Program-made: the position numbers and the translations under genes
Notes under the pieces: model-generated
Told to the model about the DNA's origin: nothing
The model's database searches: none
What the model saw: only the letters and a program-made list of their open reading frames with translations
Source of the DNA: Blastocystis sp. Blastoise
Taxonomy: Eukaryota; Protista; Bigyra: Opalinata
Direction: 5' to 3'
Length of the DNA: 64,000 nt
Assembly (NCBI GenBank): GCA_039096225.1
Contig: JBBPEB010000013.1
Coordinates: 930,001 to 994,000, forward strand
In this document: positions 28,770-38,135 of the stretch, piece after piece
Position numbering within the stretch: the stretch's first letter is position 1
How the letters are laid out: every line of letters starts with the position of its first letter

Positions 28770-29435
28770 ATGACATCAATATCTCATCTAAGTAAAATTA
28801 CAAGTCAAATCTGTCATGAACAATTCAATTATACTTTGGATTTAGTAGGTAAAAATATTACTCATATCAATACATTAGTGAATACAAGTGATATCATTAA
28901 TATCCCATCTTTCAGAATAACTGAAAATAATGCAACAGCACATACATTTCCAGCTGGTAACTATTCATTGGAAGAATTCTTTGAGAAATTAATTGAACTT
29001 GGTAAGAAGATGACAATATCTGTATCTGGACAAACGAGTGCATTCTATTATGATAAAGAAACAAAAACATTTGGTACGTATAGTGGATTCAGAAGAAGTC
29101 TTAGTAATAAAGAATTCTTTTATTATTTAGGATTAGATGATGAATACTTTAATACACCAATTACTTACAGTGATGAATATATATCTAATAATATTTCATG
29201 GTATAAGATCTATATGTTACGTGTGTATTGTGATATTATTAATAAAGATAATGATTTGATTTCTATTCCTTTATATGCTAAACAAGGATTTGATAATACA
29301 TTTGCTTTAAGTGATTTATCTATTCCATGTATTGATGGTAAATATACAGATATCCAATGGGAAATATATGATCAATTAAATAATCCAATTGATTTATCAA
29401 ATACAAATCTTTATATATACTTTACTGCATCTTAA
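28770..29435 (+). CDS. Minor capsid (penton) protein, single jelly roll
   Basis: FPAGNYSLEEF, LRVYCDII and IYDQLNNPIDL resemble Polinton/PLV minor-capsid signatures. It lies between the MCP and the ATPase. Confidence 0.7.
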   Translation: MTSISHLSKITSQICHEQFNYTLDLVGKNITHINTLVNTSDIINIPSFRITENNATAHTFPAGNYSLEEFFEKLIELGKKMTISVSGQTSAFYYDKETKTFGTYSGFRRSLSNKEFFYYLGLDDEYFNTPITYSDEYISNNISWYKIYMLRVYCDIINKDNDLISIPLYAKQGFDNTFALSDLSIPCIDGKYTDIQWEIYDQLNNPIDLSNTNLYIYFTAS

Positions 29436-29504
29436 TAAAATCATTTATTTATCTTTAACTTATCATTAATTATTTTTTGTTTTGTTGATTAAAATCATAT
29501 AAAA

Positions 29505-30542
29505 ATGGTGAATAAAATAAATCCATTAAAAGAAACACGTAAAGGATGTGGAGTCTTAGAATTTAAATATGGAAAATCCCATCATAAAACATATGAATCA
29601 AAATTTATATTGATTATTGCAAGAACATTCTCAGGTAAATCTTTCTTAACTGTGAATCTCTTATGTTCTATGGATCTTAAGAATAAATATAAACAAGTCA
29701 CAGTAATTTGTCCTGATGCATCCAATAAAAATGAATGTTATACATCCTTTCAAGATATTTGTGAACATGCTGGAATTGATTATAAATGGTATGATTCTGT
29801 AGATGATAAATTTAAAAAGATTAAGACTGTTGATGAATTAGTCAATACATATAAATTACCAGAACATAATTTCATTGTATTGGATGATATCTATCCATTA
29901 TCTAGACAAACCAAACAATTGATTGTATCTATATTATCTAAAGGTCGTCATTATAAACAGAATGCTATTATATGTCTTCAAAGTCATACAGATGTTACCA
30001 ATCAATCTATATTAAGTCAAGTATCTCATTTCTTTATTAATAGTCAAATCTTAAAACGTGATCCTGGATTCTTACCAGATAAATTGAAGATTATGCCATC
30101 AAATCTAAATGAAATTCTTACAGATGAAGAATTAATGAATGATCCACATCAATTCTTTATGTTAAAACAAGGTAGTGATGATTTAACGATATGGACTAAT
30201 CCTGATTGTGGTAGTAAACAGAATGTATATAAGATGGTAAAGAAACGTAAATGGACAGAAGAAGATAGTGAAAAAGAGAAACGAGAAGAACAAGGTGAAG
30301 TATCAGGTAGTGGTATTAAACGTCCTAATGAACATATATCTACATATGAAAAGAAAATGAAGAAGTTTTTACCTGTTGAAGAAGAAGTCTCATTGAAAGG
30401 TATTGAACGAGATGAAAAAGATAAACCTAAAGAATCTATCTTACAAATCATACAAGATCAAATCATACAAGATAGTCAACGACGCATTTTCAATCCTTAT
30501 TTAAATAAAAAACATTATTCTGGTTATCCATCTTTTCATTAA
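29505..30542 (+). CDS. A32-like (FtsK/HerA superfamily) DNA-packaging ATPase
   Basis: Walker A ILIIARTFSGKS, Walker B FIVLDD and the A32 motif KGRHYKQNAIICLQ. Confidence 0.92.
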   Translation: MVNKINPLKETRKGCGVLEFKYGKSHHKTYESKFILIIARTFSGKSFLTVNLLCSMDLKNKYKQVTVICPDASNKNECYTSFQDICEHAGIDYKWYDSVDDKFKKIKTVDELVNTYKLPEHNFIVLDDIYPLSRQTKQLIVSILSKGRHYKQNAIICLQSHTDVTNQSILSQVSHFFINSQILKRDPGFLPDKLKIMPSNLNEILTDEELMNDPHQFFMLKQGSDDLTIWTNPDCGSKQNVYKMVKKRKWTEEDSEKEKREEQGEVSGSGIKRPNEHISTYEKKMKKFLPVEEEVSLKGIERDEKDKPKESILQIIQDQIIQDSQRRIFNPYLNKKHYSGYPSFH

Positions 30543-30594
30543 TTTTTTATATTTTAATTTATTATATAAACCATAATTATTTTATTGTTTTGTT

Positions 30595-31632
30595 ATGAGT
30601 TCAATTACAAAAAGATATTTAAAACAAAATTGTGATCCACGATTATTTGGAGGATCACCACCAAAATCAAATAGACGTGATCTTTATCATAAACGTTATG
30701 TAAGATATGGAGGAACTGGTTTTGAAGAAATTGTTAGACAACAAACTAGAGATGCTGATTGGGCTGATTTTAAAAATGGTGTCTATACTGCATTACCTAT
30801 TTTAGGTACATTAGGAGCATTTGCTGGATATAATTATTATCAGAAAAGAAAAGAAAATAAACGTAAAGAAAAAGAAAAAGAAGAAAAGAAAAGACAATTT
30901 GAAGAACATATTGAAGATGCTAATAGAGATGATGAATTATATAATGATGATGCTACTTATCAACCAAAGAGAATAACAAGAAAAATGATGGCTGATGATG
31001 ATAAAGATTATAATAATGCAAATCTTGAAGATGAAAATTATGATGATATATTTGGTCAAGGTACCCATAGAAGGCATCAGAAACATCGTAAAGAACATGG
31101 GAGTCACCGAGAAAAAGAAAAGAAAACAAGTAAATTCGTAACTCCTCAAATAAAAATTATTGCTAAGAAGTCTATTCGTTCTAGTAATGTAAAGTCTAAT
31201 AGAAAGAAATTACAAGATATAAAAGAACGATTACCTAAAAATGATGAGCATGTGTCTGTACGTGATATTGTTAATGTCGTTATCGATAAAGAATATCCTA
31301 TGGATCCAAAACAAAAGCACTCTATTATTGCTAATACTGCTATTAAAACTATTAAAACGATTGTTCCTATTGTAGTGAATGCATTAAAATACTATTATCC
31401 TTCTCTTGGTATCCCTATTGATTTCGCTTATAATATGATTACTACCGATGATGATAAGAAACGTAAAGAAACTGCTGATAACTACTTTAAAAATCCTAGT
31501 GGAAGTGGTGTTACAAAAGAGAATGCTGAACGTTGTGGTGGTGCTCTTGTCAACTCTACATCCTTTGATACTACTACTAATCTAATTATTAATCTTGTTC
31601 AATTCTTCTTAAAAAAATTCCATTTAAATTAA
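30595..31632 (+). CDS. Viral protein with a hydrophobic/TM-like segment and charged tracts (possible core or membrane protein)
   Basis: VYTALPILGTLGAFAGYNYY followed by a K/E/R coil, with several GG/GxG sites. Intact and followed by the 3' motif. Confidence 0.7.
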   Translation: MSSITKRYLKQNCDPRLFGGSPPKSNRRDLYHKRYVRYGGTGFEEIVRQQTRDADWADFKNGVYTALPILGTLGAFAGYNYYQKRKENKRKEKEKEEKKRQFEEHIEDANRDDELYNDDATYQPKRITRKMMADDDKDYNNANLEDENYDDIFGQGTHRRHQKHRKEHGSHREKEKKTSKFVTPQIKIIAKKSIRSSNVKSNRKKLQDIKERLPKNDEHVSVRDIVNVVIDKEYPMDPKQKHSIIANTAIKTIKTIVPIVVNALKYYYPSLGIPIDFAYNMITTDDDKKRKETADNYFKNPSGSGVTKENAERCGGALVNSTSFDTTTNLIINLVQFFLKKFHLN

Positions 31633-31708
31633 TTATTTTAACTTTTATTATTTCATAATTAATTATTTGTTTTGTTATATAATTATTTTTAAATTAATAC
31701 AATAAATA

Positions 31709-32887
31709 ATGCAAAGTAATTTAGGAGATAGTGTAACTCTCTATGATATTTTATCAAGAAATCAGAAAAAACAATCTTGGGATCCATGGTTACCCAATTC
31801 ATATATTTGTCAAGATGAACAACCTGTACAACCATTAGCACATGATCCTAATGCACAAGGATCTATGTATAGTTCAATGGCAGTTCAAGCATTAAGAAAT
31901 CATGGTCAATCACCTGAAGATATGTTTATAGCTACTATGAATTCAGCTAAAGCTAATGGAGATACTGCAAGATACTCATCTATGTTATCTCAATGGCAAA
32001 CGAATTATGGTGTACCTACTACCAGTAAGATATGGTATGATGCTAGTAATCCTAATAATTATCAATATGAAACATTATTATCTTCAATAAAAGGCTTAAA
32101 TGGATTGAATTCAGAAGCATATAAACAGAATAAAGAGAATTATGAATTCTATTCAAATGCTCAAAAAGATATGTATGATCAATTAAATAATATTTCATAT
32201 CAAATTAAAACCAATAATGATGACATACATGCTGAAGCAGCTTCAATGAAACAAAATATGACTAGTAATTATGAAAATCTACATAAAGATAACGAATATT
32301 TGAACTCAAAGATGGATACATATGAAAATAATCGTCAATCAGATAATAATATTACAAACTCTAAAATGGATACATATGAAAATAATCGTAAAAAAGATGT
32401 TAACAATACAAATTCAAAGATGGATAAATATGAAAATAATCGTCATCAAGACTATAACAATACACAATCTAGAATGGATAAATATGAAAAGAATCGTCAA
32501 AATGATACTAATAAAACAAACGCTAAGATGGATAATTATGAAAGTAACCGTAAAAAAGATGCCAAAGCATTTGAAGATAAGATGGATGAACAAGGTATGC
32601 ATTATGATATTGTTGAAAGTGGTATACCATTCACAATTTATGTTAATGGTAAGAACTCAAAAGTAATATGTAATAATCCAGAGTTTAAAGATCAGGTATT
32701 CATTCTTAAAGATGAAAAAATTTATGTTAGATCAGCTGAAAAGTCAGGCTATATATATAAAACGTACGGAACAATGCCACTTGATGAATTCATTATCAAA
32801 TATAATGAAGGTTTATTTAATGAAAATAAGGCACTTCCTGATAAAGAACATAGTGGATTAAGAAATCAGCAAAACGATGAAACTTAA
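31709..32887 (+). CDS. Viral coiled-coil protein with 18-aa tandem repeats (possible fibre/stalk)
   Basis: NSKMDxYENNRxxDxNxT occurs 5-6 times (54-bp period, ~32300-32590), followed by a beta-rich C-terminal domain. Confidence 0.7.
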   Translation: MQSNLGDSVTLYDILSRNQKKQSWDPWLPNSYICQDEQPVQPLAHDPNAQGSMYSSMAVQALRNHGQSPEDMFIATMNSAKANGDTARYSSMLSQWQTNYGVPTTSKIWYDASNPNNYQYETLLSSIKGLNGLNSEAYKQNKENYEFYSNAQKDMYDQLNNISYQIKTNNDDIHAEAASMKQNMTSNYENLHKDNEYLNSKMDTYENNRQSDNNITNSKMDTYENNRKKDVNNTNSKMDKYENNRHQDYNNTQSRMDKYEKNRQNDTNKTNAKMDNYESNRKKDAKAFEDKMDEQGMHYDIVESGIPFTIYVNGKNSKVICNNPEFKDQVFILKDEKIYVRSAEKSGYIYKTYGTMPLDEFIIKYNEGLFNENKALPDKEHSGLRNQQNDET

Positions 32888-33012
32888 TAGACTATATTAT
32901 ATTTGATTATTTATGCAATATTATGTTTGCCATTTAAATTATAATTTTGTTAATATATATATATATATTTTTTGTTTTGTTTTAAAAATCATAATTATTT
33001 TATTAAACTAAA

Positions 33013-34503
33013 ATGATACAAAGTGCTCGTTTAAATGTTTCAAATAAAGGATTAGTAGGCGTAAATCATCGTGCTACTGGTCATGAATATCGAAATTATA
33101 TTGTTCCAGGATCTATTCCTGATGGAGAAAAACGTTATCCAATTAATTATTCTATTGCTCCAAATTCATTATTTGCTGTTAAAAAAATTGAAAGTAATAT
33201 GGTTAATAGAGCAACGTCAAATCCATTCTATTCATATTTGTCAGAAACTAGACAAGATGTTATACAAAATTCATTAGAAGAATCAGAAGAAAGTGAACCA
33301 ATAGATGAAGGATCTGGGCTATTACCTGATGGTAGAATTCCAAAGAACTTTACAAGAAAACTTATTTATGCTCATGATTATGTCTTACCTTATATGAAAC
33401 AAAATCATATGTCTGATTATTCTAAATATTCTAGATTATTAAATCCTCGTACAATTGATAGTGCTATTGATTTTACTAAAAGAGATCGTGATGGTTACTT
33501 ATATTCTAGAGGTGGTAATTTATTTTCTAATATTTATCACACTGTAAGTGATGTATACAATGTGTCTGATAAATTAACTGGAGGTATTAATAACATCACT
33601 CATGGAATAAGTAATGCTGTTGATTATGGTGCAAATAAATTCAAAGATCTCAAGAATTGGTGGAGAGATATTAATGTTGATCCAAAAGAAGGATTCAATG
33701 ATATTAAAGGAAAACTTGTAAGTGATAGAAATAATTTATATGATAATTGGAAATTAACTAATGATAATGAAGCTAAGAAAAAGAATAAAATATTAGCTGA
33801 TAACTATTTTAGATTTGCTCATATGTCAGGTAATGATACTAAAGAACAAAGACTTAACAAAAGTAAATCTTTAGAAGATCAAGCAAAAACATTTCATAAT
33901 AATTATATTCCCTATGCAGAAAACCCAACATTCGTTAATAAAGTTGTTAATACTGCAACAAATGTATCAAAACCTGTGTATAATGGTGTTAAGAAAGTTG
34001 CAAACTCTGTTGTTAGTGGTGTAAAGAATTTATTTAATACCTTTTCTGGATATTACTATGGTAAAAACCCAGAGGACGAAATACCACAAACAGAAAATTC
34101 AATAGAAACAAATAATAATGTTATACCAACTTCTTCATCTACTCCTGATAATCTAACACAAGAAAATATTCATAATATTACTATTGAAGATTCAAATCCT
34201 CCAAATTTAATTCCTCTTATGAATGATCCTACTGTTCCTTTACCTGACACTGTTCCAATGTCTCAAGCAATAACGAATAAATTCACTCCAAATATTACAC
34301 CTGTAGCCCCTATTCCTAATCCAGTAGAAAATGTCACTCTTGAAAATAATAATAAAAGAAATAAAAAAGAAGATGATGAATTTCAATCATTTGATGAAGA
34401 TGATGGTGAGGTATTTTATGATCTCGAAGAAGGTAATGGATTACGTAGAAAAAGACGTATTTCAAAAAATAAAAAATTAAGAAATAAACGTAGAAAACAT
34501 TAG
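33013..34503 (+). CDS. Viral core-like protein, copy 1 (amphipathic helices, acidic then very basic C-terminus)
   Basis: 496 aa; RGGNLFSNIYHTVSDV...KNWW; ends EEGNGLRRKRRISKNKKLRNKRRKH. Confidence 0.75.
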   Translation: MIQSARLNVSNKGLVGVNHRATGHEYRNYIVPGSIPDGEKRYPINYSIAPNSLFAVKKIESNMVNRATSNPFYSYLSETRQDVIQNSLEESEESEPIDEGSGLLPDGRIPKNFTRKLIYAHDYVLPYMKQNHMSDYSKYSRLLNPRTIDSAIDFTKRDRDGYLYSRGGNLFSNIYHTVSDVYNVSDKLTGGINNITHGISNAVDYGANKFKDLKNWWRDINVDPKEGFNDIKGKLVSDRNNLYDNWKLTNDNEAKKKNKILADNYFRFAHMSGNDTKEQRLNKSKSLEDQAKTFHNNYIPYAENPTFVNKVVNTATNVSKPVYNGVKKVANSVVSGVKNLFNTFSGYYYGKNPEDEIPQTENSIETNNNVIPTSSSTPDNLTQENIHNITIEDSNPPNLIPLMNDPTVPLPDTVPMSQAITNKFTPNITPVAPIPNPVENVTLENNNKRNKKEDDEFQSFDEDDGEVFYDLEEGNGLRRKRRISKNKKLRNKRRKH

Positions 34504-34577
34504 TTAATTTTAATTTGTTTTATTTATTATTATTTTTAAAAACTAAACAATTTGTTTTGTTATTAATAAAAATTAAT

Positions 34578-34745
34578 TTAAAAATCAATAAATTTTTTTA
34601 TATAATCTTCATAATCATCTTCACTTTCAGTTTTAATAGTATCCACTTCAGAATCACTATCACTTAATTCATCAACTTCAAAATTTCCATAAGGTTTCCA
34701 AGTACCTTCTTTATGATATGGAGCAAATTGCTTTGGAGAATTCAT
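34578..34745 (-). CDS. Small acidic protein (55 aa), copy 1
   Basis: MNSPKQFAPYHKEGTWKPYGNFEVDELSDSDSE...FIDF; frame is conserved in copy 2. Convergent with the 496-aa ORF across a bidirectional AACTAAACAA/TGTTTTGTT site. Confidence 0.55.
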   Translation of the reverse strand: MNSPKQFAPYHKEGTWKPYGNFEVDELSDSDSEVDTIKTESEDDYEDYIKKFIDF

Positions 34746-34790
34746 AATAAATAGTATAAAAATAGAAAAAAACGAATAATACAATTTATT

Positions 34791-34840
34791 ATTCTAGAAT
34801 GTTCTAGAAGTTTCGAGAATGTTCTAGAATGTTCTAGAAA
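34791..34840. promoter_or_regulatory. Perfect heat-shock-element array (5 x nTTCnnGAAn)
   Basis: attctagaat gttctagaag tttcgagaat gttctagaat gttctagaaa = 10 alternating pentamers with no mismatch. Confidence 0.75.
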
Positions 34841-35442
34841 ATTTATATTTTCCATAACGGTTACCCTTGTTTCCAAAAGTCTCTCGTTATAATCGTGGTG
34901 GTGGGTACATCTTTTTACAAGACCACACCACCACCAGCTTTTCTTTCACCCACTATAAATACATACCTTGATCACTTTACTCTTTTTATATAAATTTTTT
35001 TTATGATTATCATGACTTTTTATATTATTTATTGATCACTATACATACATTTTTATTTTTATATATTCCCGTGATTATTTTTATTATTTCTTTTTAGATA
35101 GAACCATCCATTTCATCTTTTCTCTATATAAAGGGAGGGTCGGGGTGTGTGTTTATTTAGCACATTCTGTGCTTCTTTTCGTATTTCTTTCTGTATTCCC
35201 GTGATTATTTTACTCACTTTACCAACGATGGAGCCATTTTCCATGAATATTTCCTGTAAAGGGGAGGGTTGGACTGTGTATTTTATTTCTTTTATGATTA
35301 CTATGAGTTTCTCCTTGATCACTTTACGTTTCACGTTGGAATCGGAACACAAATAAATTAAAAATAAATAAACATGGGAAAAAATAAATACACACACACA
35401 CTACCCTACACTCCCATGGTTATTTTACTTCAGAAATGTTAT

Positions 35443-35561
35443 TAATTCTTCCGTCGAGAACAAAAAGGGGGTTGTCTTCCCCGCTTATGGCTGCGCGCGT
35501 CGCGCAGACTCTATGCGGGGTTTGCATACCCCCTTCTGCAGTTCGAAGAACGGAAGAATTA
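35443..35561. other. Nested GC-rich imperfect palindrome (long hairpin), copy 1
   Basis: Stems TAATTCTTCCGT/ACGGAAGAATTA, AAGGGGGT/ACCCCCTT, CCCCGC/GCGGGG and CTGCGCG-cgt-CGCGCAG. Confidence 0.9.
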
Positions 35562-35577
35562 TTATTATTAATTTAAA

Positions 35578-37068
35578 ATGATACAAAGTGCTCGTTTAAA
35601 TGTTTCAAATAAAGGATTAGTAGGCGTAAATCATCGTGCTACTGGTCATGAATATCGAAATTATATTGTTCCAGGATCTATTCCTGATGGAGAAGAACGT
35701 TATCCAATTAATTATTCTATTGCTCCAAATTCATTATATGCTGTTAAGAAAATTGAAAGTAATATGGTCAATAGAGCAACATCCAATCCATTTTTCTCCT
35801 ATTTATCAGAAACCAGACAAGATATTATACAAAGTTCCTTAGAAGAATCAGAAGAAAGTGAACCAATAGATGAAGGATCTGGGTTATTACCTGATGGTAG
35901 AATTCCGAAGAACTTTACAAGAAAACTCATTTATGCTCATGATTATGTCTTACCTTATATGAAACAAAATCATATGTCTGATTATGCTAAATATTCAAGA
36001 TTATTAAATCCTCGTACAATTGATAGTGCAATTGATTTTACTAAAAGAGATCGTGATGGTTATTTATATTCTAGAGGTGGTAATTTATTTTCTAATATTT
36101 ATCACACTGTAAGTGATGTATACAATGTGTCTGATAAATTAACTGGAGGTATTAATAATATCACTCATGGAATAAGTAATGCTGTTGATTATGGTGCAAA
36201 TAAATTTAAAGATCTCAAGAATTGGTGGAGAGATATTAATGTTGATCCAAAAGAAGGATTCAATGATATTAAAGGAAAACTTGTAAGTGATAGAAATAAT
36301 TTATATGATAATTGGAAATTAACTAATGATAATGAAGCTAAGAAAAAGAATAAAATATTAGCTGATAACTATTTTAGATTTGCTCATATGTCAGGTAATG
36401 ATACTAAAGAACAAAGACTTAACAAAACTAAATCTTTAGAAGATCAAGCAAAAACATTTCATAAAAATTATATTCCCTATGCAGAAAACCCTACATTTGT
36501 TAATAAAGTTGTTAATACTGCAACAAATGTAGGAACACCAATTGTTAATGGTGTTAAGAAAGTTGCAAACTCTGTTGTTAGTGGTGTAAAGAATTTATTT
36601 AATACCTTTTCTGGATATTACTATGGTAAAAACCCAGAGGACGAAATACCACAAACAGAAAATTCAATAGAAACAAATAATAATGTTATACCAACTTCTT
36701 CATCTACTCCTGATAATCTAACACAAGAAAATATTCATAATATTACTATTGAAGATTCAAATCCTCCAAATTTAATTCCTCTTATGAATGATCCTACTGT
36801 TCCTTTACCTGACACTGTTCCAATGTCTCAAGCAATAACGAATAAATTCACTCCAAATATTACACCTGTAGCCCCTATTCCTAATCCAGTAGAAAATGTC
36901 ACTCTTGAAAATAATAATAAAAGAAATAAAAAAGAAGATGATGAATTTCAATCATTTGATGAAGATGATGGTGAGGTATTTTATGATCTCGAAGAAGGTA
37001 ATGGATTACGTAGAAAAAGACGTATTTCAAAAAATAAAAAATTAAGAAATAAACGTAGAAAACATTAG
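35578..37068 (+). CDS. Viral core-like protein, copy 2
   Basis: 496 aa, with about a dozen amino-acid differences from copy 1. Confidence 0.75.
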   Translation: MIQSARLNVSNKGLVGVNHRATGHEYRNYIVPGSIPDGEERYPINYSIAPNSLYAVKKIESNMVNRATSNPFFSYLSETRQDIIQSSLEESEESEPIDEGSGLLPDGRIPKNFTRKLIYAHDYVLPYMKQNHMSDYAKYSRLLNPRTIDSAIDFTKRDRDGYLYSRGGNLFSNIYHTVSDVYNVSDKLTGGINNITHGISNAVDYGANKFKDLKNWWRDINVDPKEGFNDIKGKLVSDRNNLYDNWKLTNDNEAKKKNKILADNYFRFAHMSGNDTKEQRLNKTKSLEDQAKTFHKNYIPYAENPTFVNKVVNTATNVGTPIVNGVKKVANSVVSGVKNLFNTFSGYYYGKNPEDEIPQTENSIETNNNVIPTSSSTPDNLTQENIHNITIEDSNPPNLIPLMNDPTVPLPDTVPMSQAITNKFTPNITPVAPIPNPVENVTLENNNKRNKKEDDEFQSFDEDDGEVFYDLEEGNGLRRKRRISKNKKLRNKRRKH

Positions 37069-37142
37069 TTAATTTTAATTTGTTTTATTTATTATTATTT
37101 TTAAAAACTAAACAATTTGTTTTGTTATTAATAAAAATTAAT

Positions 37143-37310
37143 TTAAAAATCAATAAAATTTTTTATATAATCTTCATAATCATCTTCACTTTCAGTTTGA
37201 ATAGTATCCACTTCAGAATCACTATCACTTAATTCATCAACTTCAAAATTTCCATAAGGTTTCCAAGTACCTTCTTTATAATATGGAGCAAATTGCTTTG
37301 GAGAATCCAT
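37143..37310 (-). CDS. Small acidic protein (55 aa), copy 2
   Basis: MDSPKQFAPYYKEG...; paralogue of 34578-34745. Confidence 0.55.
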   Translation of the reverse strand: MDSPKQFAPYYKEGTWKPYGNFEVDELSDSDSEVDTIQTESEDDYEDYIKNFIDF

Positions 37311-37355
37311 AATAAATAGTATAAAAATAGAAAAAAAAGCATAATACAATTTATT

Positions 37356-37395
37356 ATTCTAGAAGTTTCGAGAATGTTCTAGAATATTCTAGAAA
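37356..37395. promoter_or_regulatory. Perfect heat-shock-element array (4 x nTTCnnGAAn), copy 2
   Basis: attctagaag tttcgagaat gttctagaat attctagaaa. Differences from copy 1 fall only at n positions or in unit number. Confidence 0.75.
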
Positions 37396-38135
37396 ATTGA
37401 TATACATGCCGCCACATAAAACCACTGGAACACAATTAGTTTCTCCAGTTTCCCCATAATAATTGTGCTTTTGTGTTCCAAAATCCCTCATTTTTACAAT
37501 TTTAAGCAATTTGATTGGACAATTCACGATGACGCATCCTATTTCCATAACGGTCACCCTTGTTTCCAAAAGTCTCTCGTTATAGTCGTGGTGGTGGGTA
37601 CATCTTTTTACAAGACCACACCACCACCAGCTTTTCTTTCACCCACTATAAATACATACCTTGATCACTTTACTCTTTTTATATAATTTTTTTTATGATT
37701 ATCATGACTTTTTATATTATTTATTGATCACTATACATACATTTTTATTTTTATATATTCCCGTGATTATTTTTATTATTTCTTTTTAGATAGAACCATC
37801 CATTTCATCTTTTCTCTATATAAAGGGAGGGTCGGGGTGTGTGTTTATTTAGCACATTCTGTGCTTCTTTTCGTATTTCTTTCTGTATTCCCGTGATTAT
37901 TTTACTCACTTTACCAACGATGGAGCCATTTCCTATGAATATTCCCTGTAAAGGGGAGGGTTGGACTGTGTATTTTATTTCTTTTATTATTACTATGAGT
38001 TTCTCCTTGATCACTTTACGTTTCACGTTGGAATCGGAACACAAATAAATTAAAAATAAATAAACATGGGAAAAAATAAATACACACACACACTACCCTA
38101 CACTCCCATGGTTATTTTACTTCAGAAATGTTATT

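Noticed and set aside
35113-35397. 94-aa and 69-aa overlapping ORFs (and their copies at 37805-38089)
   Set aside because: They lie in the repeat-rich control region, have weak or alternative starts and lack the viral 3' motif; shared only through the duplication.
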